Below, piece by piece: positions 36,589 through 48,792 of a stretch of DNA of 64,000 nt. Each line of letters begins with the position of its first letter. Within the stretch, counting starts at the first letter, position 1. The stretch lies in the NCBI RefSeq assembly GCF_011745625.1, contig NW_027191464.1, positions 248,001 through 312,000 of the forward strand. Reading direction: 5' to 3'. The position numbers and the translations under genes are program-made. The notes beneath the pieces are model-generated. The model was not told the DNA's origin. It was given only the letters and a program-made list of their open reading frames with translations, and searched no databases. Source of the stretch: Cladosporium halotolerans (taxonomy: Eukaryota).

Positions 36589-39511
36589 ATGCTGCTCCCT
36601 CTCGCATGCCTGGCCGTTGGGGCTTTGGCGCAGTTTGGCAACAATGGAGCACCGGCACGCTGTTGGAAAGTCCTGTCTGCACCGGCAATGTGCTGACAAT
36701 CACAGTTTCCCGAAGTCACCTACGAAGACGCCATCTCGCCCAACCCGGACGTTGTTGCTGGAGCACAGTCCAACCAAAGGTCGCCTCCCAAGTACCCGAG
36801 CCCTTGGGGCAGTGGTGCTGGTGAATGGGCTGAGGCATACAAGAAGGCTATCGATGTCGTCAAGCAATTGACTCTCGAGGAGAAGGTCAATCTTACTACT
36901 GGTATGCGAGAGCGTTACTAGATATCAATGGCTCTGGACTAATCACCACAGGCTCTGGATGGCAGCAAGAACAATGTGTTGGTCAGACAGGTGGTGTGCC
37001 TCGCCTGGGCATCCGAGGACAGTGTCTTCAAGACTCGCCTGTTGGCGTCCGATACACCGAGTGAGTCTCTAGCGGCCAGTGACTGGCATTCTCAAAACAA
37101 CAAGCTGACAGTGGTTGTGCAGCCTTGTTTCTGTCTTCCCCGCTGGCATCAATGTTGGAGCCACATGGGACAAGCGTCTTGCGTATGAGCGCGGCAAGGC
37201 AATGGGCTACGAGAGCCGCGACAAAGGTGTTACGGTCCAGCTTGGACCTGTCGCAGGCGGCCTGGGAAGGGTGAGTCTGTCCACTCAATCGAGACTTCTG
37301 TGCCCTAACTTATGTCAATAGTCACCTGAAGGTGGCCGCAACTGGGAAGGATTTAGCCCCGATCCTTACCTTACCGGCAAGTTGTTCGCCGACTCCATTC
37401 GTGGCATTCAAAGCACCGGCGTACAGGCATGCGCAAAGCACTACGTCGGCAACGAGCAGGAACACTTCAGGCAGACGCCAGAAGCCCGCGACTACGGCTT
37501 TAATATCAGCGAGCCTGGATCCTCTAACATTGACGACCAGACGATGCACGAGGTCTATGCTTGGCCCTTCGCGGACGCCGTCAAGGCTGGCGTTGCATCC
37601 TTTATGTGCTCCTACAACCTCGTCAACAACTCGCAGGCATGCCAGAACAGCTATCTCCTGAACCACATTCTCAAGGACGAGCTTGGATTCCAAGGCTACG
37701 TCATGTCCGACTGGCAGGCGACTGCCGCCGGTGTCCCGGCAGTGCTCGCCGGTCTGGACATGACTATGGCAGGGGACATTCGTTTTGGCGATGGCGCAAG
37801 CTACTTTGGACCCAATTTGACCATTGCGGTCCTGAACGGCACTGTGCCGCAATGGCGTCTCGATGACATGGTCACCCGCATCCTCGCAGGCTGGTACCTT
37901 GTTGACGGCGATGCTGAGATCGAGCTGCCGAACTTCCAGTCGTGGACTCCATACACGAACGGAGCCGTCCACGCTCATGTCGGTCCCACTTGGGGTACCG
38001 GCGTCGTGAACAAGCACGTTGACGTACGTCGCGAGCATGGACGACTCATTAGAGAGATTGGTGCTGCTTCGACTGTTCTGCTCAAGAACACCAAGGGAGC
38101 TCTCCCTCTGACCAACAAGGAAAAACTGACCGCTGTCATTGGCGAAGATGCCGGCTCGAACCCCACTGGGCCCAATGGATGCCGCAACCACGGCTGCGAT
38201 GTTGGAACACTCGGTGTTGGCTGGGGTAGTGGCCAGGCGAACTTCCCTTACCTGATCAGCCCTGATGCTGCCATTCAGCACGAGGTCACCTCTCGCTATG
38301 GGTCGTACGAGTCGATCACGAACAACAGCGCTTTCACTCAGATTGACCTACTGTCTAAGCGTGTGACTGAGGCAGCTGGCGTGTGCCTGGTCTTTGCTAA
38401 CGCCGACTCCGGCGAAGGCTTCATCAACATCGAAAACAACTTCGGTGACCGCAAGAACCTGACTCTCTGGCAGGGCGCAGACGCCATGATCGCCAACGTC
38501 TCCGCCAGCTGCAACAACACTGTCTTGGTTCTCCACACAGTAGGCGCCGTCGAAATCGACCAGTACAAGAACAACGAGAACATCACTGCTATCCTCTGGG
38601 CTGGACTGCCAGGTAAAACCAACCATAACCCCCAATCAGCCCCTCCACCAAACTAACCCCCTAATCCAGGTGAACAATCCGGCAACGCCATCGCCGACGT
38701 CCTCTACGGCCGCGTCAACCCCGGCGCCAAACTCCCCTTCACAATTGGCAAAGCCCGCTCCGACTACGGCACCGACGTCCTCTACACGCCCAACCAGCCC
38801 GTGCCCCAGTTCAACTTCCGCGAAGGCGTCTTCCTCGACTACCGCTCCTTCGACGCCCGCAACATCACCCCCGTCTATGAATTCGGCTTCGGCCTCAGCT
38901 ACACCACCTTCGCCTACTCCAACCTGCGCGTCGAGAAACTCTCCGCAGAACCCTACACGCCGTCCTCCGGCTCCTCCGAGCCCGCGCCCACGTACGGCAG
39001 CATCGACAACCGCACCGCCTCGCACACATTCCCAGAAGGCTTCACCAAAATCCCCCTCTACATCTACCCCTGGCTCAACAGCTCGTCCCTCAACGCCTCC
39101 TACGGCGCGCCCGGCTACGGCGACAACTCCTTCATCCCGCCGGGCTCCCGCGACGGCTCGTCCTACTCCCACGCGCCCGCCTCAGGCCCCAACGGCGGCA
39201 ACGAGGGGCTCTGGGAGCCGCTGTACCGCGTCTGCGCCACGGTCACGAATACTGGAAGCGTGGCGGGCGACGAGGTCGCGCAGCTGTACGTTTCGCTCGG
39301 CGGCGAGTACGATCCGAAGGTTGTGCTGAGGGGCTTTGAGAGAGTGGGTATCGAGGCGGGGGAGAGTGTTGAGGTGGAGTTTGAGCTTGCGAGGAGGGAC
39401 GTGAGTTCCTGGGATGTTGTGAAGCAGGATTGGGTTGTTACGGAGGCGGCGAAGAAGGTTTTCGTCGGCAAGTCTTCTAGGTTGCTGGAGCTGGAGGGCG
39501 ATTTGGAGTAG
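36589..39511 (+). CDS. Secreted GH3 beta-glucosidase; exons 36589-36654, 36706-36901, 36952-37060, 37123-37270, 37322-38612, 38670-39511
   Basis: Signal peptide; [43 protein letters not shown], nucleophile [29 protein letters not shown]-terminal FnIII-like LRGFER. The first intron donor is uncertain (GC). Confidence 0.95.
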
Positions 39512-40025
39512 ACCTGTTCTGGATGGGAAGGGAGGGAGAGATGGGATTATGTCGGATAGTGGATTAACGCTTTCTAGCATCATTCGCCAATCTAATCGAA
39601 CTTTCCGTTCCAGAAAAACGAGGCTGAGGCTTCAAGCCTGTGATAGGTCGGTGCAACTCGCTACACCTGAGCTCAGGCTGAAGGCTCTAGACCACTGCTC
39701 AACGCGGCAGGCGCGAGGCTGAGATGCGGCAGAGGTATGCAAGTCGCCAGCCGTGTTCGTCGGCTCAGCCATGCAAGGTCAATCATGTGCGCAGATATGA
39801 CCAGGTCCATGACTCGGAGGCCAATAGAGGCGTTCAAAGGCGCACACGGGATGACTTCAGTACGAGTGGCAGTGTAGTTGTTGCACGGCAGGAGATTATG
39901 AGGCGGAAGGGCGGTAGCGTAGCCTGACTTGATATTTGCCTTGAGAAATGATCATCAGCTTTTTACTATCGGAAGGACATTCCGACAAGGTGAAAGCTAC
40001 CACATCGTTGTGTCGATTTTCGAAG

Positions 40026-41664
40026 ATGGCTACACAGATACGAATGTCGGCAGGGCCGAAAAGAAACTGGCAACCTATAACAATCCACCCCATAGTTACC
40101 GACAAATATCCAGCGACGACAACCTCATCGATTGGCGCTCTGCACGATGTAGCGTACTACCAAGGCATGCTCTCGAATCAGAACAATTACGCGAAAGACG
40201 GTCGGCTGGACGTATATGAGATCTCGGATGGACAGTTCATACAACAAACATTCTTGGACGACGCCCAATGTCGTTCGTACCTAGGAGTGAGTGCCATCCA
40301 CCTGGGAACTAAAATTACCTCCTCACATGACTGTGTAGGACATCAACTCCATGTCTCCCAGCAACAAGGTCTCTTTTCGAGTCATGTAGGCAGCCAAGCG
40401 GTTACAGCCACACTTCGAAGGACTATTTCGGTTGACCGCCAGTCACAGCTTCTGCTACATCGAACAGCAACAGCAGACAAGCTTCGGATGTCGAATCGCT
40501 CTGAGCCAGTCGGTAGTGCTCCAAATGCTCGAGGAGTTGCAAGTATCGCCGCAAGTCGCATGCGCCATGCTCGGGGAGCCTGACTACTGGGCTCCTGGAG
40601 ACTTCGTATCTCACGGCATGAACGGAGCCGCGCAGAAGCTTGGTTTGTGTTCCGGATTCCCACAGCCCAAAAGGCCGGAATGTTGACGTCTCTGTCCACC
40701 AGAGTTCTTCTGTCAGCACCCTCGCTGGCACATCCACACCAAAGGCATCCCCATGAGCGTCTACATGACGCACAATCTGAGCGACCGTACGACGTCTTAC
40801 ATCGTATTCACAGACCACCACCAATCCCGGCTCGAGCACGTGAAACGGCGCCTCACCGACTCCTTCGGAGCCGCGAAACCAGCAGACACGCAAGACCCCT
40901 TCATGTTCCATTGCCTCATCATCCACGAGATGTTCCTCGACGCCAAATCGGTCATCACCCCACTGCGCGGCAACCTCTACAACCAGCTTGATCTGGTCGA
41001 CGCCTACTCGACCAAGCCAGCGCAGAAGCGGGACAGGAACGAGCTGGAGAAGGTGACTATCCAGCTGCATGTCGTGTCGCAAGATATCGATTCGATGACG
41101 GCTTCTGCGGAGATGACTGCGATGATTATACGCCGGATGCAAGGCGCGCACGACCGGTTCCGTGAGCTGGTCGCACCGAATGGCGCAGTGAATGCGAGCA
41201 CGAAGATATTCGACGCTCTCCGTTACCTCTTGGAGTCCGCGGACTCTCAGAAAAGGTGGCTGACGAGCTACAAGGCGAGAAAAGACATCGCGCTGAATTT
41301 GGTAAGCTGCCTTGCTATCAAGCCCCAGACACGCTAAGCTGACTTCCTTTAGGTATTCAATCTGGTCACGCAACAGGATGCTACCACCAGCACCACCATC
41401 GCGCGGGAAGCTAAAGCCGACGGAGCAGCGATGAAGACGATCGCAGCGCTCACCATGGTCTTTCTGCCGGGAACGTTCCTGTCCTCTGTGTTCAGCATGT
41501 CTATGCTGGACGGCGCCAAGTGGTGGCTGTATGTTGCTCTAGCCGTTCCTTTGACTATTGTTGTCGTGAGCAGCTGGTGGCTGTGGATAACAAGGCCGGA
41601 TTTGCGTGTTTGGAGACCCCGGGCTCATGCCAAAGCACTAGCTGTTGCACAGAGCGTGCCATGA
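40026..41664 (+). CDS. Fungal CorA-like membrane protein (two C-terminal TM helices); exons ~40026-40286, 40339-40385, 40443-40642, 40703-41301, 41353-41664
   Basis: Four GT-AG introns join the ORFs in frame; LNL-VFNLVTQQD...MKTIAALTMVFLPGTFLSSVFSM...WWLYVALAVPLT. The start codon is uncertain (ATG 39948, 40026 or 40168). Confidence 0.8.
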
Positions 41665-41690
41665 GTGAGTTTTAACGGTGGCCATATTGC

Positions 41691-42629
41691 TCAATTTCGT
41701 GGTTCTTTAGGTACGCCGAATCTTTCCAGCATTTTCATGGGACCTTCTCGTACCCAGCTCTCATACTGTTCCTGTGATGAGCAATAAACCACTCCGATCA
41801 TAGCTGCGGCATTTGCCTGGATACCGTCTATGTCTGCCGTACGTCGAGGTATCACGACCATGCGACCGCCGACCAATATCATGTTGTAAGCCATGCCGGG
41901 CTTCACGTCGGCTTCATCACATAGACTGTGGAACAGATTTTGAAGTGCAACACCGTTAGCCTGCTCAGGTATTGTCCCTACAGCAAGGCGATAAGGCACA
42001 TCCAGAAGTCGTATATCTTTCGTGGGATCAAATTAGCAGAGGAATCTAAGAAGGTCTTGTAATGCGACGCACCCATGCCATCTGAACTCGACCCTTTGAG
42101 TAAGCTCTCCAACCCAGCTCCCTCAGGCCGCGGAAGGACTTGCAGATGCTTGTGATTCATCGAAGCGCCAGCGTCCTTGCCGCCGTTGAATATCACCATG
42201 TATTTGTTGCCCATTGACGTCAAAGCAAGCCAAGCAGCATGGAAGTCGTCTGCATTCAAAAGCTCATCCTGCGACTCGAATTCGACAGTGTGGAGGACCA
42301 TCTGAGGTCTGGTGACGCAGTACTTGTTCAGAATGAGTTTGTGGCGTGGACCGAATATTCCAAGACTGAAGTCCTGATTATCATCCATGAAAGCTGGTGT
42401 TCGCTTTTTGCTGCCCGCAGTCACCGGCTTCTTGGTCAGACTGTTGGCAACGTGAAATTGGAACTGGACGGTGCATCAGTCTCGCGATCAGTCGCAGGAT
42501 TGTCATATAGATCGTATGTACATCGAATGGCTTCGACGAAATGTGGCGAGGTTCATCATGCCGCCAAAGCAGCTCGCCTTGCTCAACGAGTCTGTCAAAT
42601 TGCTCCAACGCCTGTCGCTCAAGGCTCAT
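41691..42629 (-). CDS. ATP adenylyltransferase / Ap4A phosphorylase (Apa1/Apa2 family); exons 42629-42522, 42463-42073, 42016-41691
   Basis: LILNKY, FESQDELL, FNGGKDAGASMNHKHLQ (HxHxQ), YNMIL, VIPRR, NAAAMIG; two canonical introns. Confidence 0.9.
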
Positions 42630-43380
42630 TCTTCCCGGCGGATGCGACTAAAAGCTAGAAAATGCGAGGTTCAAAGCGATCAACCGTCTCCTTAGGAATT
42701 CAATGGTGCACAGGTGGATAACAAGCGTGGACTTGAAGGTAAAGGTGGCATTGTGGCTGAGATCCAACCGCAAGCGCGATGTTACTTGAAGCAAAACGAC
42801 TTACGTCATCAGCCACCATCCAAATGGCCGTCGTTGTCGTATTGCATTGCAATTGCCATGCATGCGTTTCCGGAACCTCTCAGCGCATGATGCTCCATCG
42901 TATTCTCGAATGAGGACGTCCAATGGCGCCATGGCGTCTTAGATATCGAGAAAAATGTACACGGCCGCTTCGTATTAGTGACCCGGCGAATCCAGCCAGA
43001 TGCATATGCATCTTCGAGAAGCCGGGCAGATCGCTATGCATTTCGTCGGCTCAGGCTGGCGAGCTGCTGCGACCGTACATGTTTCGAGGGTAAGCGGCTT
43101 TGGTCGACAGTATAGGACAATCCAAACGCGGATCTTGCTCTCCGTGCACTTCACCCCATCGGACAGACCGACTCGGCGAATCGCAAGTAGCTATCGCAAG
43201 GACCTTCCTTCGCCGTGCAATTTACCAGGAGAGGGCAAGCCATGTCTTTCATAGATCCCTCGTCCGGAGAGTACCATCTTCGAGAGCCTTCTCCGCCAGA
43301 ACCTCTGTTCCGGAATCTCGATCCGAGGACGTCGCAAGACCTCACTCCAGCCTTATTAACTTCCCAGAAAACCTCCCACC

Positions 43381-43836
43381 TCACCTCCCCGACCTCCCCG
43401 CCCTCAAAGCCCTAACCCTCTCCTCCTCTTCACTCCTCACCCTCTCCTTCCCCTCCCCATCCGCACCCTCCTCCCTCTCCCTCCTCCCAAAAATCTGCCC
43501 CGCCAACTCCCCCACCGTCCCCCTCTCGCCCTCCCTCCCTTTCACAAGCCCATGCCGTCTCCTACTCTCCTCCAGCAAACTCAGCCCCCCACCACCAGTA
43601 TCCTTCTCCCTGTACCGCCGCGCGTTCTCCTTCGCGGCCCGGATGCTCGTCGAGGTGTAGACGAAGAGGATGCAGGCCATTGTGAAGGCCGCAGCGGGGG
43701 CGATGATGGTGCGGGAGTTGAAGGGCCTGCGTTTGGCGAGGGGGTGCGCGGGAGTGGGAGGGGGAGGGGCGGAGGGCGGGTGCGAGGATTCGGTCGTGCC
43801 GGCTGGGCCGCGGGGTTGGGAGAGGCGGGCGCCCAT
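43381..43836 (-). CDS. Small single-TM hypothetical protein, 151 aa
   Basis: ATCAAAA-ATG-G context; core IIAPAAAFTMACILFVYTSTSIRAAKENA...DTGG resembles a conserved ascomycete hypothetical family. Confidence 0.75.
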   Translation of the reverse strand: MGARLSQPRGPAGTTESSHPPSAPPPPTPAHPLAKRRPFNSRTIIAPAAAFTMACILFVYTSTSIRAAKENARRYREKDTGGGGLSLLEESRRRHGLVKGREGERGTVGELAGQIFGRREREEGADGEGKERVRSEEEERVRALRAGRSGR

Positions 43837-44603
43837 TTTTGATTTTTTTTTGTGTGTGAGGGGCTTTGTGGATTGGTTGTTGGAAGGTTTGGTCGAGAAG
43901 GTCGGTTTGAAGTGGGTTTGCGGTTGTGGGAGTGTTTGTTTGGGAGCTGGAGCTCGAGTGATGGGAGCTTTGGAGCTTTGGCGCGAGTGACTTCATCGTC
44001 TGGGGATTTGGTTCGGTGGGCTAGAAGTGCACCTAGATCGACCGAGGGATGACTACGACTATTCGAAGATTATCGAGCCTACTCCCAAAATTGTCGGGTA
44101 GTTTTAAAGCCAACGTAACCGCTCATGAAAGAGCAACATCTAGGGCAAAGTAGAGTCACGTCAAAGCTCCAGCATCAAAGGCATCGCTTCAGCTTGAGAT
44201 TAACGAAAGTACAACGATTGCCATCCGGCCAAGTAACCCAAGAATAGAATTGAGCGATCAGCCTCCATGTATCTACAATGCTCGAAAGATTCAGCGCCCA
44301 GACATCCTATCTCAAAACCGACCTGAACTCCAAGCCCTATAACTCCATCGCCCAGCCATCACGACACGCTGAGAATTAGCCCTTTTCGGGCACAGCAAAT
44401 CACAATCCCTTCGTCAGACGCACGCCCTGTGATCGCTGCCACATAGGGACTCTCCAGAAGCGACGTCCACTCTCCGCCGTGAAGCAAGGAAAGAGACTGA
44501 AAGACCAGAGGAGAGAAAAGGAAAGAGACGACAAAAGCGATCTATGAGGGAAAAAATACAAAGAGCCGAAGGGCGCAGATGAGAATTAGTTTCGGCGCTC
44601 TTT

Positions 44604-46083
<1,480 letters not shown>

Positions 46084-46473
46084 GGGCGTGTATTACTGCG
46101 CCAGGCGGCGCTCTATGCGATCGTGCGAAAAGGTGTGAGACGGTTGGGGATGGATGGCCTTATGGGAATCGGCCGGTAGCGAGCTGGTGGCCGGTTGCGC
46201 TTGGTTGTCCGAGGGCTTCGTAAGGAGCGTGGGCGGGCGGGGAGTGTTGAAGCGTGGCTGCGTGGACCAGAAGCGGCCGTGGGAGGAAATTGGGTAGTTT
46301 TGGTGGTGGAGGAGGAGGTGGTGCAGAGAGCGTGGGGAGTCGAGTGCGGTCGATCGGTCGGTACCTGGGCGTGTTGCGTGGCCGTCGACGCGGGAGGACG
46401 GGGGGGATTGCGCCTTCCTCCGCAGAAACGCTCACGCTTCATCCCAGCCAGCCTCAGCCAGCCAGCCAGCCGA

Positions 46474-46509
46474 CTCCCTTTGGGGATGGACCTCCCTTTG
46501 GGGATGGAC
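46474..46509. repeat. Perfect 18-bp tandem duplication (CTCCCTTTGGGGATGGAC x2)
   Basis: Read directly; preceded by a (CAGC)n run. Confidence 0.9.
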
Positions 46510-47533
46510 GTTGCGGCCTTGGCACTGGTTGTTCTGGACCCCTGCATTACATGGGATATTCATCAGGCGGTCGTACAGTCGTGCGACCATGGCCGTCAAT
46601 CGTGTCGTTCAACAGCACCGTGCGATCTCGCACATACCATCATCGCGAGCGACAGCTGATCTAGAAGTCGACGATCCATTCTGGACTTTTGGTAGGGTTA
46701 GGGTTGGGGTAATCGAGACGCGACCCGGCATTTTGGGTGTTGGTGATTCGAATCACCGACTTCAGTATTGATTGATCTTATGTGCATTTAAGAGATGTAG
46801 GGTCTTGCTAAAGAGTACCACCGTCTTGTTAAACTCGTTTAGGCTTGTAAACGCGCATTTCACTTCAGATCACATTTCCAGACACCTATCAGCGAAAGAG
46901 GCCAGTGTAGCAACCCTCATTCGCACCCACCCCGAAATCACAGACGGCACACATTTCCGGAAAAGATTCAATTACAGATTACCAATACCGAAAAGCTAGC
47001 CAACTATTTCATATCTTTCAGCCGTCCCTCATAATTCACACTCATCAATGACAAGTATTTCTCTCCCTTTTCATCATTCTCATTCCATCATTCATGATCA
47101 GGGTCGTGACAAGGAACAAAAGCAAGAAACCAACCAGCGATCCATCCTCCGTCAATCTTCTAAAACGAAGAAGACGGAAGCCGCTATCGCAGAGTAAGAT
47201 ACACAGCGCTTGAAGATGCCCAGTACTGAGGGAATGACAAAGCCGAAAAAATAAGCAATGGATCAACTTTTGTGTAAAGCAGTGATAAGAGAGCGAACGA
47301 ACAGTAGGTAGGAAACGAGGTGGGGAATCCGAAAGAAGACTGTGCCGTCCATTAAGCTCCGTTCGGTCCCGCAAGAGGACGAGACGGAGGAGGGGCGATC
47401 GATCGCTCGCTTGCTCGTATGCGGATCGAAGGAAGAAGCAACGCTCGAAGCCGGCCCGGTGTGTTGTGTGTTGTAAGCAAAGAGCCGCGGGATGAATAGG
47501 TGGGTTCGTTCGACGTGAGGTGTGTAGATGTGG

Positions 47534-47559
47534 AGGCGGCGGCGGCGGCGGCGGCGGCG
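47534..47559. repeat. (GGC)8 microsatellite
   Basis: ggcggcggcggcggcggcggcggcg read directly. Confidence 0.9.
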
Positions 47560-47605
47560 AGCAATGTCCGCTCCGACCCTCGACGTATAGGGTAGTGGGA
47601 GACCA

Positions 47606-48792
47606 TTACCTGTGGCGGTGAACCAGATTTCTAGACTCGCTGCCGACGAAGGGAGCGACGGGTGCGCCGGGAACAGTGTTGGCCAAGAGTGCCAGCAGGT
47701 TGCGGGAGTAGTTCTCGGCCTTGCGGGCCTTGCGACAGTCGATAGAAGAGCCGTGGAGAAGGCACGAGCCATCATGCTTCTCGCCCGGGCAAGGGAGCTC
47801 GCCGGTGGGCGTGTCGGCAGCCATGAGGCTGCCGTGAGGCAGGACCCTTCCTTTGCTGTCGCGGGTGTGCGTGTCGAGCAGCGCGCGAGCTTCACGGATA
47901 AGGGCGTCTCTGCCCTCCTCGTCGTAGAATGGCAAGAGCTTCTGCCAGATGAACTCGGCGAAGACATTGAGGCCCTCAAAGCCCTGCTGTTTGTCGCCGA
48001 TCAGGCCGGACTTCTTCTGGTTGCCGGGCATCTGTCCCTTAGGCGCACGCCATTGGATAGCGTTCTCGAGGAAATCCTCCCCATGCTGGAGGTAGGTCGA
48101 TTGGTTGTGACGGCTGAGCTGCTCTTTTTTGATCTTCTTGACAGTGCGCTTATGCGCACGCTTGTTGCTGCATTCTCCGTAGGGCCTGTTGCACTTCTTG
48201 CACCATTGCATCTCCTCGACGTCAGAGTCATCGTCAAGCGAGTGACGCTTGGCCTCGCGCTCAGAGCTGGAGTCAGAGTTGCGCTTGTTGCGGCTGTTGC
48301 GAGTCGAGCGAGTGATGGTAGGAGTAGAAGAAACCGAAGCCGCTGGGTGGGTTGAGGATTCGCGGCTGGAAGACGAGATGGAGCTGCGGTCGAACGTGAA
48401 GTCGTTAAAGGCTGTGCGAGGGGATGAAGATGAGTTGGAGGAGCCCGATTCGATCTCAGCGTTGGTATAGCTTCGATGAGACCGCGTCAGAGGTTGAGCA
48501 CCTTGTGGGAGGAACTGTTGGGATGACAAGGACAGCCCGGAAGGGGAGGACAGAGCGGTGAACGACGAAGGGTGTTGTTGCGGCTGGGAGACGGGTGGAA
48601 GATCTGACCGCTCGGCGGTTGCAAAGAAGCTCGAGATGGGAGGAAGCGTCTGTCGCTCACGGCTGCAGAGAACATCAGACCTTACAAATCGGAAGCATGG
48701 TTGAGCCAAGCACGTCTGACTTACTGGTGTGGCAGAGTGTTGCTATCGCCAAGCCTCATGTTTTGAAAGCGATTGCTCTCAAGAGATTGCAT
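47606..48792 (-). CDS. Hypothetical nuclear/regulatory protein, possible divergent bHLH; exons 48792-48725, 48662-47606
   Basis: Intron 48724-48663 (GTAAGT...CTGAT...CAG) links MQSLESNRF... to RERQTLPPISSFF in frame; Ser-rich region, basic cluster, Cys/His motifs; C/G-ending codon bias. Confidence 0.75.

Noticed and set aside
46691..46710. TAGGGTTAGGGTTGGGG telomere-like sequence
   Set aside because: Only about two units; too short to call an interstitial telomeric repeat.
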